Positions 43,378 through 58,656 of a stretch of 64,000 bases of DNA are shown here, in pieces. The notes beneath the pieces are model-generated. The model saw only the letters and a list, made by a program, of their open reading frames with translations, had not been told where the DNA came from and did no database searches. How positions within the stretch are numbered: position 1 is the stretch's first letter; every line of letters starts with the position of its first letter. The position numbers and the translations under genes are program-made. The stretch comes from Octopus vulgaris (taxonomy: Eukaryota), in NCBI GenBank assembly GCA_951406725.2, contig OX597816.1:51212001-51276000 (forward strand), given 5' to 3'.

Positions 43378-43615
43378 GTGTGTATGTGTGTGTGTGTGTG
43401 TGTTTGTGCGTCTGTGTTTCTCCCCCCAACATCGCTTGACAACCGATGCTGGTGTGTTTGCGTCCCCGTCACTTAGCGGTTCGGCAAGAGAGACCGATAG
43501 AATAAGTACTATGTTAACAAAGAATAAGTCCTGGGATCGATTTGCTCAACTAAAGCAGTGCCCCAGCATGGCCGCAGTCAAATGACTGAAACAAATACAA
43601 GAATGAAAGAAGAAA
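43378..43615 (+). mobile_element. SINE 3' half (17321 family)
   Basis: ccccaacatcgcttgacaaccgatgc..ccagcatggccgcagtcaaatgactgaaac. Confidence 0.85.
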
Positions 43616-44729
43616 ATGCACCGCGCACGACATTCTCTCCTGTCAAGAGTTTTGCTTGATGGAAAGGAATATCCGATCTCACTGCATCAAATAAAAAAAA
43701 TATCACAATAATATTTTCCGCATCTCTTAATGTTGCGTCAGTTACAGAATGAAGTTTAGCCTATGTTAGTACTGATTTGGATTGTCACGCCCTTTGATAG
43801 TATATGTTTAGGAAATTTATATCAGATTAACATCTTTAACGATAACTGGGATGTGTTAATTCTATAGATACATTGTGTCTTAAAACCCCCTTCTGGGCAG
43901 TCATTAAGGGTGCGGGTTCTGACAGATGGTCTACTAGATAAGTTACGTTCCTCTTAGCAAAGGAAGTACATCAACATCAATGCATGATTTTGCACACTTC
44001 CTCTTTCATTGACTTCAACATAAACAACTTATGAAAGTACCTTTAACATATCAAGAAACCACGATTCTCAATTACTATTCCCTATTTGTTAAAGTTCTCT
44101 TTCGCTGTATCATTCCAACACTCTATCTCTCTTTCTCACTCATGCATACAGAATATAGATAGGTGTGTGCATGTGTGTAAGTGTTTGTGTGTGTGTGTCT
44201 GTGTGTGTTTACGTTTCTGTGTCTGTTTTGTGAAACCAAATTAATTACACAGACAAAATACTTTCTTAAAAGCTTACTGGCGAGTAACACAAACCCCATA
44301 GGAATTAACTCAAATTATATAGCTAAAAATGATGAATTACATTCAGAATCATTGACTCTGATGATAAATTTAGATCACTCTTATAACATCGTCTGGTAAT
44401 TTGCATTCAGTTACTAAACATATTAAATAAGTACTGCTATAATATTAGGAGTAAACCAAAAATCTGTTTTCTCCTTAATAAAATTAAAAAAAAAAACACA
44501 TAGTAAATATACTGCTTCAAATTAGAAATGTAATTAAATGTTAGTTTAATTTATTCCAAGAAAATTGCAAAATCATTGTAGGTATATATTTATATACAAT
44601 ATTTAATGTAGATGTTTGTTATGGATGTTCACGGATTTACCATCCTTTTATGCTCTTATAGCTATAAACGACGCATCAGAACTGTTGACCGAATACTACT
44701 GGAGATAGTAATTCAGATTTGGTCAGTCA

Positions 44730-45450
44730 GGCTTGTAGAAAAATAATTAAGTAGAAATTTTACAAAGCGACATCCTCTTTGGCCGGCTCCAGTTGCATCA
44801 TAAAGGGTCACTGTACGCACTGTTTCTCCTCGCAAGTTACAAAGCGTGTATTATCATGATTTTACTAAGAATTTCCCCTCGTGGGGGCACCGACTAAATA
44901 TTTCGCTCTCGGAGTTCAAGAAGACCCTCACACCCGGTCAAGCGAATTTTTAGGATCCTTATTCTCTCTGCTACGCAAAAAGTACATCATCTTCTCCCCT
45001 TAACGTATAGTCCAGATTCATCCAAGATATTCCATTTGATCCTGTATGGCGTACACTCCACTTTTAGATATCATACGTTGCTGGTGAAAGACGTGATGCC
45101 GGAATCCTTAAAGTGGTCGTGTGGTTGTGTAGCCGCCGCTTATAGAAGCCCTCCGTTACTCAAATCTATTTCCGTATAAGTGTACTTAGGCTACTGGTGT
45201 TGCGGCTGATGTTGTTGCTGCGGTTATAGTTGCTGCTGTTACTGCCGGACGCGTTGTTCGTACTGCAGTTGTTAACTGTTGTTGCTATCGATGATTTTGC
45301 AGCCATTACTGCTGGGCGTGCTACTGGTGGTCCCATTGCTACTCCTGTTAACTTTGCTGCTGTTAATGTTTCCGCGATACGAATTGTTGGTGCTGCTGTT
45401 GTTACTGCTGCTACTACCGCTACCATAGCTGTTGTTAATGCCTAACACCA
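44730..45450 (-). mobile_element. Possible L1/Tx1 ORF1-end / endonuclease relic with low-complexity tract
   Basis: Minus-frame VRVFLNSES and GETVRTVTLYDATGAGQ weakly resemble APE 'RLVxVYAP'; Ala/Thr/Asn-rich repeat upstream. Confidence 0.3.
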
Positions 45451-47590
45451 CCTCAGTCTTGTAGACCCCTGTGTTAGGGCTGCACCTTCCTATCACTGAG
45501 AACTTATTCTTAACCCTACATGAGCACCATACGAGTGGGCGGTATTTAAGAACGTTCATTAAAATTCATTTAATACTCGCGTTGCCGGTGAATGAGACTT
45601 TTAATTTCGGCTATTAAATAATCGTCCTTACCTATAGGATTTCGTGAAATGCTTGTTCACTGATCTGAGGAAGACCCTTCTCACGTAAAACTTGACATTG
45701 AATGAAAGGTTTGGGGCAAACCGAATGACTTTACACTGGTGGAAAGAAGAGGCAATCGTTAAACACACTGGTTGCCAAACCTTGGCTCTAATAGTAGCTG
45801 CAGTGCCAACAGTATCTTTATTCGGGGACAGATTCGAAATCCTCTGACACCCATCATCATGTTCCGAAATACAACATGTGGGTAACACAAGGTTGTGGTA
45901 ATATACCACAGCCTTTCATTTTATTTGAGGTAGGGCTCTTATAATTATATGTATGTTCGTATTCCAGGGTGGATACTGTAACCTACTTTGTGTTAGCAGT
46001 CTACTGTTTCCTTTTAAAGAGTTTCTATAGCTTTTAGAGCTAGTACTAAAAGTAACGAGAGTTCTTTATGAATAAGTCTATGTGTGCAATGCAATCGAAA
46101 TCAGAAATATCTAATTAATATGTATATTAGCATAGGACTACATCCTACCCACTAAATATCCAAGAATACATGGCTTTAAGTGTTAAACCCACTCATGGCC
46201 AAATTGTATTTTAATTGCTGATAGGAGCATCGCTAAAGTATTATTAGATATACCGAAATAGTTACAAGACATATTTTAGGGAGGTAAGAATTAGACAAAC
46301 CTGCAGGTTACTGGTTTGCTAGAAGAGTCGGTTTGCCATATTCTCATGCAGGTACTATTTTATACTTAGAGGTAAAATAATTTTTTTCAGAAATTCTCAA
46401 TCTAAGACATTGCCATTATATGATCTGAAGTACGATATGTGATATTGTTGCAACGATCGGTCCATTTTAAACTGGAATTATTCATTTGCTTTACAATTTT
46501 TATTAAGTGTATTGATAGCATCATCTTTCTGAAAATAGTGCGGTAGATGGTTTCGATATGCAAGCACATTCTAAGAGGAATACAAACTATTCTATAAACC
46601 TTTCCTATGGACAGCTGTCATGGTCAAATTTTTCTAAAAATCTAAAAATTGTAATTTATCTCGAGATATACCGCATGCAACAATGAAAGTCTATCGGGGC
46701 AATACAGAAATGATGTATCTATCCTATACGATTTGCAAACGTATTTTAAAATATAAGGGGAGAAGAAATAGATTGCTCAATAAACACTTCCAGAAATTTT
46801 TCTGAAAATAAATTTCATGTAATAATAAATTACATTTTTTTTATAAAAATAAATTGCAATAATTCACTTTCATTTCCGTCAAATTTCCACTATGCGATAG
46901 TTGGTATTACTCGATTGGGATTCATTTAAAAAGAAATGGAATTGAACATAAAAACAAATTAAGAAAATGAAAAGAAAATGTCATAATATTAGTAATCTTT
47001 TTGCTATTGGGATCCATATAGTTTAAATATAGAGTATAGTGTATGTATGTATATATATATATATATATGAACCAGAGTATTGCAGTAAATGAAAATATGT
47101 TCTACTCTCGCGCCTGTGAAAATGTCAGAGAAATGGTCATGCAAGGCAATAATATATGTACACTTCTCATCGCTTCTTTCAAATATGTGTGAATATATAT
47201 TTATAGGTTAACGTAAAGTACCTCTCAGATTGTTACGGAAATGACATATCTTACGTCAGAATAACAATTGATACCACCACAACTGCTTAAAGGAAGCATT
47301 CATGTAAATGTCCGTTATATCAGAAAATATCCAGAGTACTGCCATAATAACAAATCTCGTTCACCACCGAATCTACAGAACGGGCGATTGGAAATGAATG
47401 AAATTATGTAAATAGAGTAATTCATCTGTAAATATATGTGACAATTATTCGGTAGCCATGATAAAACTCCGAGTTTCGGATGTCGGGGCAGCAACACTTG
47501 TACTGTGTTTGTACATTGCTGACTTTAGGAGTTATATCGAGCAACTGCTATCATATTTAAGACAGGCCCAGCTATCTCCCGGCTCCCGCC

Positions 47591-47683
47591 CACCATCCAC
47601 GTTTCGGCGAGAAGGCTAGGTCACCATCTACCTTTCGACGAGAAGACTAGGTCACCATCCACTAATTTAACGAGAAGGCTAGT
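47591..47683. repeat. 31-bp minisatellite x3
   Basis: caccatccacgtttcggcgagaaggctaggt and two variants in tandem. Confidence 0.85.
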
Positions 47684-48386
47684 CAATTTTTCTTCTTTGT
47701 GTTGCTATTGGTAAAGAGGTTGTATAATGTCTTACGAGATTGAAAGAAATGTAGATAGGCAATATCGTTTCGATCGTGCTCTTTAAAAATTTTTGAAATT
47801 TAGCTTCAAAAAGAAGGTAAGTCAATGTGGGTAGATGTCCTATGTGAATTGTCCTAATCTAAGTAGGCTCCTGTAAGAAGATATGTACAAAGAAAAAGAG
47901 AGCACCTGCCATGATAACCCTGATGATTAGGGAGGATATAGTTGCATTGTTGCCACTTCCCTATTCTGAAGTTTTGTTGTTAGAGTCCTTTTGTTGCGTT
48001 GTATTTTATGTATCATTGACAAGGATTTACATAAATCACCATTTGTGTTCCTGTTGTTATTAACACTGCCGAGGTTCACGATGATGATCATGGCAATGTT
48101 TGTGGTGCTGAGGGTGATTGTGGTGATTTTAGTGTCGATCGTGGTGGTGTTGTTGCTGTTGCCTTAGGCGCTACTAATGATTACATCGTGATGATTATTA
48201 AAGAGACTTTCGAGAGCCTTCAGAACGTCGACGTAACGCCTGAGTTCAAATTTCACCGATATCAAATTTGATTTTCATCCCTGCAAGGTTGATGTAATAG
48301 CGTAGAATTTAAACACTGGGTTAGAGGATAGCAATAAGCCTGTAATTCAAACTCAATTTTGAGGTAAACCTCTGGACATGAACACA

Positions 48387-48428
<42 letters not shown>

Positions 48429-48449
48429 ATATATATATATATATATGTA

Positions 48450-48635
48450 TAGGGAAAGTTTACGAAAGAATCAAAAGACGAAGACAGGTGGTGTACAAAA
48501 CAAATAGATGTATTAGTATAACGCTCAGGAATAGAAGAAGTCTTTTACGTTTCGAGCCTACGCTCTTCCACAGAAAGGGACACAGAGAAAAACAAAGAGA
48601 GAAAGAAGGAGAGAAAAAAGAAGAGAAAAAAAGAT
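48450..48635 (-). mobile_element. PLE terminal fragment with minimal HHR (48542-48577)
   Basis: cttt-CTGTGGA-a-gagc-gtag-gctc-GAAAC-GTA-aaag, then ttcctgagcg; abuts (TA)n. Confidence 0.7.
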
Positions 48636-48687
48636 ATTTACATATATATGTACACACATACTCACACCCACACACACACACACACAC

Positions 48688-48732
<45 letters not shown>

Positions 48733-48814
48733 AAATAAGCGGTTTATGACTGCTATTTCTAAATTTTCGGTATTTGGCAAAGCAACCTGTTGCTTACCCT
48801 ATTCATATATGCAT

Positions 48815-48882
<68 letters not shown>

Positions 48883-49904
48883 AGAGAAAGAGAGAGCGAT
48901 AGATGTTTTTGCATGTATATACATATGTATGTAAGCATGTATGTAAGCATGTATGTATGTATGCATGCATGTATGTATGTATGTATGTATGTATGCATGC
49001 ATGTATGTATGCATGTATGTATGCTTGTATGTATGTATGTGTATATGTATGCGTATATGGTTGTACATGTCATGTTCTCTATAATGAAAAACATGCGACT
49101 TGAAAACATTCTGTAATTCCCTTATGTTATTCCCAAGTTGTAATGCTTGAGCTAGATACAATATGAATATACCTAATGCACTTCCCAAGATTTCCAATTT
49201 CAATCTCTGTTACGGTATTGCAGCATACAGTGCACCTAGAGCACTCTTTGAAGTGTATGATTTTAAGAAATAGTTTGCATGATGCTATGCATTATATTCT
49301 TATCCATATATATCGGTAATAACTTAGAAAAATCTTTTGTACTTTGGTTACTATATTGATAAATGAGCATATGCGTGTGCGTCCGTGTGCATGCATGTAC
49401 ACCAGCGGAGGGATACATCCATGGATACATACATATGTACACGCACTTACAAATATGCTTATACATATATACATACCCACATGTATACATACATACTTTC
49501 ACATTCATATTTGTGTGTGCGTGCGTGTCTGCGTGATTGTTTGTGTATGTGTATGTGTGCATATGTGCGTGTGTTCATCTATGTGTGCGCGTGTGTGTCT
49601 GTGTGTGTGTTAGATTGGAATGATGGTCCTCTAGCATTTTTTGCGTGACAATTTTCAACGTACGTTCTCTGTATTAATACCGTGATATATGGTGACAATT
49701 GGATGCACCGCACAAAAACTTGCAGAAAAATATCCTGTCCTTTGTCAATCTTATGGGGGTGTTGTAACCGCACATTTTCTCCAAATTACTCAGAAAATAA
49801 TTGCAGCATTTTTCCTCATTCCCCTTAGTTTCCTGAGGTTATCCTATTTAACATCATGTTTCCAAATCATTGCAACGTTATTTGAAGGAAAAGTTATTTA
49901 TTAA

Positions 49905-50095
49905 TTATTGTTGTATTTCGGAATGGTCATTTTGCCAGTTTAGCCAATAAAAACACATGCACTATATATTTGGTGTTACTTTGCTTCAGTGTTATTTATT
50001 TTTTACATTAATCTTAATCTTATTTTAGCCAGAGTTCTTTCGTCACACTCCTCTGATCGCATCAGTGGTCCTTTGCCTTCTTCTTTTTTCACAAT
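49905..50095 (-). mobile_element. PLE-like terminal fragment with HHR relic (50029-50068)
   Basis: cca-CTGATGC-gatcagaggagtgtgac-GAAA-gaac-TC-tgg. Confidence 0.55.
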
Positions 50096-50379
50096 ATCAA
50101 TTGTGAAAATAAAATAATACCGAATGAATCTTTGGTTCTTTTATTGAAGAATTTTACACCCGAGGAAGTTATCTACAATAGGCCAAACAGATAGGATACG
50201 TACTCCATAGGAGATAATATTACTTAGATTTAATATATGAAGTAAAACCATAGAAACATTTGTTTCCCATCTTGAAATATGTCAAAACATTATTTTATTA
50301 TTTCGACAACGTTAAGATAAATGCATAAACTGAGATTTTAACTTTCAAAATAATAATAAGTACCGCATATCTTATATAT

Positions 50380-51082
50380 GGTATGTAGAGACTCTGCTCT
50401 GAATAGTACTTAAGAATTTCTGGATTCTTATAACATTTTCTGCATAAATATCCGCTTTGAATAGGCCTCCCTTCGAAGTTAATCTCTGCTGAACAACGTC
50501 ACATGAACCAGAGTATTGTAGTATATGAAAATATGTTCTACCCTCGCGTTTATGAAAATGTCAGAGAATTGATCATGCATGGCAATAATATATATACACC
50601 TCTCATCGTTTCTTTCATGGATGTCGAGACGAACAACTTTAGTTGACATAGGTTTGGCAATATACTTGTTTAGACTCGCTGTTACATTCGCTGCCGTAAT
50701 TTGATGATGTTTAGACATATGTCTCATTAATCTGCGACAATCCGGTGTGAGTTTCGGTTTCTGCCCAGAGTAATGCAAACCATCGCTGCTTTTAATTTGA
50801 TTTTGGAATGCCAACACGATTTTACGACTTGTGCCTCTGAAAACATTAAAAACAATCTGCAGCTTTACTAATTGAAGTTCAATCAATCTACACTTCAACA
50901 ATTTATCCCTTTTGTGAATTAGACAGGACGTGGATGTTAACTTGTCAGTGAAAAAATGAAAGACGTTTCATAATACACATCAAACTTATGAAATACATAT
51001 ATACAGAGACTCCAGCAGTTTTGAATTTGTCGAATTATCAAGAAGAAACAAAAGTTAGTATTTTCATTTTGTCCAATAACTG
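50380..51082 (-). mobile_element. Internally deleted fossil Tc1 element
   Basis: TA|cagttattggacaaaatgaaaatac terminus; SGQKPKLTPDCRRLMRHMSKHHQITAANVTASLNKYIAKPMSTKVVRLDIH matches the Tc1/Tc3 second HTH. Left end uncertain. Confidence 0.7.
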
Positions 51083-51905
51083 TATATGACAGATGTAAGC
51101 AGGCAAATACATGTCTATGTGTGTAAGTGTACATAATGTGCATATGTTAATATATACACTGATGCACACATACAAACACACACACACACATACACACATA
51201 TATATGCGTATTTATTTCGCGTAACAATTTCTATCGGTGTCAGAAATCAAAACTCAGGTGTTTATTATGCCAAGTAATCTCCATCATCAAGTTGTCGTTA
51301 GACAACTTTAAAAAATAGAAATTTGTTCAGTTGAAGTCTCGACAATATAGTAAATATTCTGTAAACAATTCTTTTAATACTTTGTGCTTATCAAATATCA
51401 TTTCAACTACTCCACAAATGGAAGTTTTAACCATGTTATGCTTTGTTTGTGATTTCTAATACGTTTTCTGTGAGAGATTATACATAGCATTTAAAAGCAT
51501 CTTGTCAAACTGACATACCAGTTTCAACAGGCAATTACCTGCAATTCTTGATAATCGAATCTTTCTATACAGACTTCTTTATTTGTCACCCTTGAATCGG
51601 ATTTAAGTTGACTGGCGTTGGATTTGTTTTTTCTTTATTCAACTATTCGACATGATAGACCATTACGTTGTCGTAGAACAGGTTACTATAGAAAGAGTAC
51701 ACTTTTGTATTTTGTAGGATATGAAGGATTAATTGGCAAAGTCAAGCATGGCACTAAGTAAGGGAAGGAAACTAAATACACACAGGACAGAATTTACTAA
51801 GTCACCTTACGAAATTTGTAAACACTAAATCCCTATACAGAAAGTATTGGTGGATTAAGTTGTCAAATATATCAATGCATCTATACATGCATACAAGCAA
51901 ACATA

Positions 51906-51944
<39 letters not shown>

Positions 51945-52280
51945 TGCAATATGTGTGTTTGTGGCAGATACCGATCGTGATAAACTGATGCTTGTTCTTG
52001 TTCCGCATCGCGAAATGAGATGTGGATTCCTGGAAAACTCAAGTAGCAAGGACAAAAAAAAATCAAAACAAAAAATCAACATAAGTAAAATAATAAATAT
52101 TTTTTGCTACATCTATGAAGTACTTTCCCTCGCTTGTTGGTTAAAAAGGATATTTGTAAACATACATATACACATAAACGCACTCACACGCGCACGCACA
52201 TACACACACGCACGCACATGCGCACACGCAAACAAACACATATATACTCATTCTTTCTAACAAGTATCATATATACTCTA

Positions 52281-52652
52281 TTTACACTCTCTTTACTCTT
52301 TTGCTTGTTGCAGTCACTTGACTGTGGCCGTGCTGGAGAACCACCTTTAATCGAGTAAATCGACCCCAGGACTTATACTTTGTAAGCGTAGTACTTATTC
52401 TATCGGTCTCTATTACCGAACTGCTAAGTTACCGGGACGCAAACACACCACCATCATTTGTCATACGATGCTGGAGGGACAAACACACACACACATATAT
52501 TTCCGTTTCTGTCTAGCAAATACACTCACAAGGCTTTGGTCGGCCCGAGGCTATAGTAGAAGACACTTGCCCAACGTGCAATGGAGTGAGACTGAACCCG
52601 GAACCATGTTGTTGGTAATCAAGCCACTTACCACACAGCCACTCCAACGCCT
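52281..52652 (-). mobile_element. SINE copy (17321 family)
   Basis: Colinear with 17321-17785 from head to tail. Confidence 0.85.
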
Positions 52653-54088
52653 ATGTGTGTGTTTGTATACAAACTCACATAAATGTATAACTTCAAAGGC
52701 AATTGTGTATAGAGAGAGATTCGTAGGAGAGCCATCACTACATAGGTGTGTTGGGAATGATTTCAGATCTAAGCGGGCCCGTTCTTCTCAGGATCGAGCA
52801 TAGCCGCCTTTCTTCTAGAAGAGAAAAAGCAAGAAAAGTTGAATAGAATATTACAAGAAAGAAAAGAACCCGTATAGGGAAGGCACTTTACTAGTTGACC
52901 CCTGAAATGATAAGAGGAAAAGTTGACCAAAACGGGATAAAATCGCAGAGGGCTAAGAAATGGAAACATTGCGATTGGCAGATAAGATTATCAATATATG
53001 TAGCATCAGAAAGGCTGCGAGATATCAGAATATTTAGCCCACCGGGCAAAATGCTCAAGCGCATTTTGTTCGTCTTAACTTTCTAAATTCAAATGCTGCC
53101 CAAGATGACTTTGCATTACATCAATTCGGGGTCAATAACTTAAGTATATTATATAAAATAAGTTAAATTTTGGGATCAATTTAATCGACTTAGCCCCTTT
53201 GCCATACCTGCTGGTCTTGTGCCAAAATTTTAAACCAACATATATGACACCAGAAAGAATCTGCCGCTTTGAGTATATCTGTGTTTGTACATAAATATTA
53301 AACAATATATACGTATAACTTATCACATATTTGTTATCCAAAATCTGAAAGCATTTTCAGTTGAACCTATGTCATAAGTAATAAATACTTAAACAGTTTT
53401 CCTTTCACCATGGCAAAGTGATACTAAAAAAGCAGTTTATTACTGCACATTTTAGAAATACGATACATATTTATGAGAAAGTACATAAATCTTTTCTGTA
53501 CTCTTATAGCACACAATTCTAAATAATCACCAATGTGATAGATCCTTACGTTAAAATTTCATTGCTTTCAATGATCATTATCATGCAAATAAGTTGCAAC
53601 ACGTCCTATTCAGCAACATTTCCGTAACATGCAGAATTGATGATGAGCTGGCGATTGCAATGGATTTCCGTTTTGAAGAAACTCTAATGCGTTTCAACAA
53701 CATGGCTGTTATAATCTCTAATTAATAGTCGTCTATGGGCATGGATTTGATGAAGGCCGTTTTGGAATAAAAAATCTAAACGAAGCGCATTACGAAACTT
53801 CTCCTGAAACAAATGATATGAAGTAATTTGCTAGTTTCATTAGCATAAGTTCTTGTTATGTTAATTGCGAAATTACAATTAACATATACTTTAAAATTTT
53901 GCTTTAGATTTATGAGCCTATCTATATCAATGTAGACAAAATATTATAGAAACCGAATATAAATATAAAAACAAATACGTGAATAAATACAATTCCGTTC
54001 TATGCTACATACCCAAACACACAGGCACTCACACACTCATACATATAAAGTAAGAAAACGCGAGATAGACAGAGAGATAGATAGATGT

Positions 54089-54183
<95 letters not shown>

Positions 54184-54884
54184 CATACATACATACATAC
54201 ATACATACATACATACATACGAAGAGAGACGGAGAAAGGAAGACAGACAGACAAACAACGACAAAGAGATGGGAATTCATAGTCGATATTAAAACATTTT
54301 CAGTGGAAATAGCTTCTGAATCTTAGATTTCCAAGAGAGCGCCCTACAATTTTTCAGCTAATAAACATAGACAGTGATCTACACACACGAATTTATTAGA
54401 TTTCAGCCCGACACATATTCAAACTTAATCTCTCTACTCCATCTCTGGGTTATAGTTAGCAATTAAGCATATGTAGCAGATTCTGTTGCGCTGAGAGTAA
54501 TTTTCGATTTATTTCTTCACTGTTTCAAAGCAGTGACTGCTTTGTGACCGAACATGTAAGGAGTTCGAACATGTGACCGAACATGTAATTTCCTTTCACC
54601 AATAGTTGAATCAATACCCGTGAGTTAATTTGACATGGAGGTTTTATAGAACGCCCCCGAGTAGATTCTGTGAGTAAATCAAAAAGTACTGAGACGTTAC
54701 GTACTGTGTGACGCTGATCTGATTGTGCCAGAGACCTACGTGAAGCATACTCCTACCGGTGACGTCCTCAACCACATACATGTTAATTAAGGAGCAGGTC
54801 TTATAAAACAACTTTGACATCGTTGACTGGGTTGTTCCATTCCAACCATCTTTTGTATACATCAACAAATGTGTGACATGAATT

Positions 54885-55218
54885 CTAAAAAAAAAAAGAC
54901 TCCGCCGGTTACGACGACGAGGGTCCCAGCTGATACGATCAACGGAACAGCTTGCTCGTGAAATTAACGTGCAAATGGCTGAGCATTCCACAGACACGTG
55001 TACCCTTAACGTAGTTCTCGGGGATAATCAGCGTGACACAGAGAGTGACAAGGCTGACCCTTTGAAATACAAGTACAACTCATTTTTGCCAGCTGAGTGG
55101 ACTGGAGCAACGTGAAATAAAGTGTCTTGCTCAAGGACACAACGCGTCGCCGGGAATCGAACTCACAACCTTACGATCATGAGCCGAATGCCCTAACCAC
55201 TAAGCCACGCGCCCTCAC
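54885..55218 (-). mobile_element. Young full-length tRNA-derived SINE with 13-bp TSD
   Basis: Head gtgagggcgcgtggcttagtggttagg..gagttcgattcccgg, T-run tail; TSD tgtgacatgaatt at 54872-54884 and 55219-55231. Confidence 0.92.
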
Positions 55219-56821
55219 TGTGACATGAATTAGTTATCACATGTTGAGCACTGTCTGTGTAGTCAAACGAATAAAAGAAATAAAATAATAAAATGCATAA
55301 GAGCTTAATTTCTCCAGAATAAGTAAATCCAGAATTGCTTAAACGAAAAGATAAAGAAAAATATACAAAAGGAGGGGTTCAACTGCAAAAAAATGGATGC
55401 GGTGAATAACAAGTTGTATGTGCTAGTCCGAATGGTGTATTCAACCGTCAAACGGGGACATATTTGTAAAGGTGAAAACCTTGGAGCGGGGTTCATTTCT
55501 CAGTCGTGCCACTGTGATCCCGATTATGTGAATGAAATCAGCAGTGCAGTGTCCGAGAACTGCTGAGGTATTGAGGGTGAAAGATACAAACTAGAGCGTG
55601 TATTTTTTAAATTCTTCTTTTCTAGATTATGTGCAGCGATAATCGGTTTTAGTGTGGAAGCATCCAGGATCAATTGGCAACTGCATGCATACTTAAGCTC
55701 AAAATCCGATATACACTTCATCGCTCGTTTGAGTTTAGCATCTCTTAAGTATCTCAAAGCCATGATTTGATATATTTTCTTTCAGATGAAATTTCTACGT
55801 ACAGCCAATACATTAATAGACCATATAATTTGTGGAAGCGAAGTAGAGTAGCAGTTGAATGATATACATACGTATTTTTAATTAATTACGTATACTTTGC
55901 ATGCTTATGCATCATTCAATATGTATAAATGTATATGCAAATATCTAGGTGCGTTTAATATGAATAGGCAAGTGTTTACAGAAATGAGTGAAGGTCAACG
56001 AGAATATGTGCTCATACGCATACTTATAAGATGGACGCATTAAGATCTTTATTCATACATAACAAGGTGTTATTATATACGTACAGAAATACTTGTATTC
56101 GAACATATCTGTAAGGTGGTGGTGGATATCTTGTTATATACGTCATGCATGTGAGTACGCTAATTTACGTGAAAACAAAACAAAAATCGCAACTTCAGGG
56201 CACACTGTGTTGGTGAACGTATGCGCATGTGTATATCTCTTGTTTCGTTTCTCAGCATGTATGCATGTGTGAATCTAATTATTTCCCTTTCATACATAAC
56301 TCATTTCAGCATGATGATCACAATCCCAGATGCCTATGATGCAATACTGCTACCTTCATTAATTTCATCACGCTTAGATGATAGCTGAACTAACCGCGCT
56401 CACCAAATTCATCTGATGGTCATCTTGTTATACGTTATGTGCAATGCTTTCGCTAAAAAAATGGTTAAATGATTAAAAATGAACCGAACACTGGGGGGGG
56501 GGGGGGTGAATTTTAGATTTGCGGAGAAAGTGCCAATGTAGCGGAAGAATTAGATTGTCTACACACAACACACAGTATTGATCTCTATTCTTTTCTTTCA
56601 GTTTCAATCATTGATGCACTGAAACACACGCATACACGTACACACAAAAAGTACACACACTCGCATATGCATGTACGTATGTACAGGACCTGACCAATTG
56701 TCCGTTAACATCAGGGGATAGAAATGTCCCAGATTTCAGAATATTCAAGTTCTCTCATGACAGCTTGTACATATGTATGTATATACATATACATACATAC
56801 ATACGTATGTATATATATCTA

Positions 56822-56854
<33 letters not shown>

Positions 56855-57854
56855 CTCTCTCTATATATATACACGTGAGTGTGATTGAGTGTGTATGTAT
56901 GTATATGCATATATATATTTATACTTGCATACACACATATGTGTGTGTATAGCTATACATACACACACGTATTTATTTACCTGTACAGACACATATTTTA
57001 TGGCTCGTATTATTGGCTTAAGTATTTATGTCTTTCCTTAATCGTATTGTCATATGAAGTATCATTACGTTGGCGTTTAATTCATCTCTCGGGGGTTCAC
57101 ACATGACGCGTTAAGAAAAGTCTTCATGTAATTAATTCTAAGAACATTTTAATTTGTAAGTGTTTATGATAGTCACACTTTTATCTGAGTAGGTTTTCTA
57201 TTTCTTTAATTTTCTAAGTGTTTCCTAAGTTGTTGACAATTTCTACTCAAGACGGGTTTTAGATAACACATTAAAGCATTTATTTTCAGACAGGACACCG
57301 ATTCTATATAAACGAGCTATAAAACTTCCGACTCTAATTCGATCATTTATAGTTGTTCCAAGATATATTATTGGCACCTCGTTTGAAACAAAATCTTTCG
57401 AACATCTCTATTTACAAGTATCATATAATTTCTATTGACGAAGTCCCTGTATTCATGAATGCTAATACATTTACGATTGTAATGAAATTTAAGAAGTACT
57501 TTCTAGCAAACCCATTCGTGCATAAACACATATACACTCGCCAGGACACACACAAACGCATTATGTGTGTATGTGTGTGTTTGTGAGTGCGTGTGTATAT
57601 GTGTATACACATATATACAAGTTTGGCAATAGTCGCCCAACAGCAAATACTTAATATTTAAATACATATTTAATATTCAATTGTATTTATTCATTTGGAA
57701 AAATGGTGTCGCTAAAGATTGACTTCAGTTTGAACAATTTTCATTCAGTTACATATTTAGATGCTTTTAATAAATTCATTCAATTTTTAAGTATAAATAA
57801 ATCTTGGAACTAATTGGTTTCGATTTACTGTCAGGTAACTTATGGCCAACCCTC

Positions 57855-58061
57855 TATATGCATACATACATAGAGATAGATATACAGAATGATAAAGCTA
57901 TGTAAATATATATAGATATAGATATAGATAGATAGATAAATACATATATACATATATATGCATACATATATATACATGCATACATATATGCATACATACA
58001 TACATAGAGATAGATATACAGACTGATAAAGCTATGTAAATATATATAGATAAATACACAC

Positions 58062-58106
<45 letters not shown>

Positions 58107-58277
58107 TACATATATGCATGCATACATATATACATACATACATAGAGATAGATATACACACTGTTAAAGCTATGTAATTATATATAGATATAGATAGATA
58201 GATAAATACATACATATATATATACATACATGCATATATACATGCATACATATATACATACATACATAGATAGATAA

Positions 58278-58324
<47 letters not shown>

Positions 58325-58491
58325 CATATATACATGCATACATATATACATACATAGAGATAGATATACAGGCTGTTAAAGCTATGTAAATATATATAGA
58401 TATAGATAGATAGATAAATACATACATATATATATATGTATATATACATACATATATATATGTATATATACATACATATATATATGCATAC

Positions 58492-58565
<74 letters not shown>

Positions 58566-58650
58566 GCATATATATATGCATACATATATACATACGTGCA
58601 TTCATACATACATATATACATATATATAGACATACTTACATATAGACAGA
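57855..58650. repeat. Higher-order compound microsatellite, 4 anchored units
   Basis: Anchor catagagatagatatacaNNNtgWtaaagctatgtaa at ~57869, 58002, 58141 and 58352, separated by variable TA/CATA/GATA runs. Confidence 0.8.
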
Positions 58651-58656
58651 TGTATT

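Noticed and set aside
47591-47683. 31-bp repeats as a CRISPR array or tandem ribozyme
   Set aside because: No unique spacers and no CUGANGA core; an ordinary minisatellite.
54543-54589. 17-bp direct repeat tgtgaccgaacatgtaa with a short spacer (CRISPR-like look)
   Set aside because: Only two copies, eukaryotic context, no cas genes; a simple local duplication.
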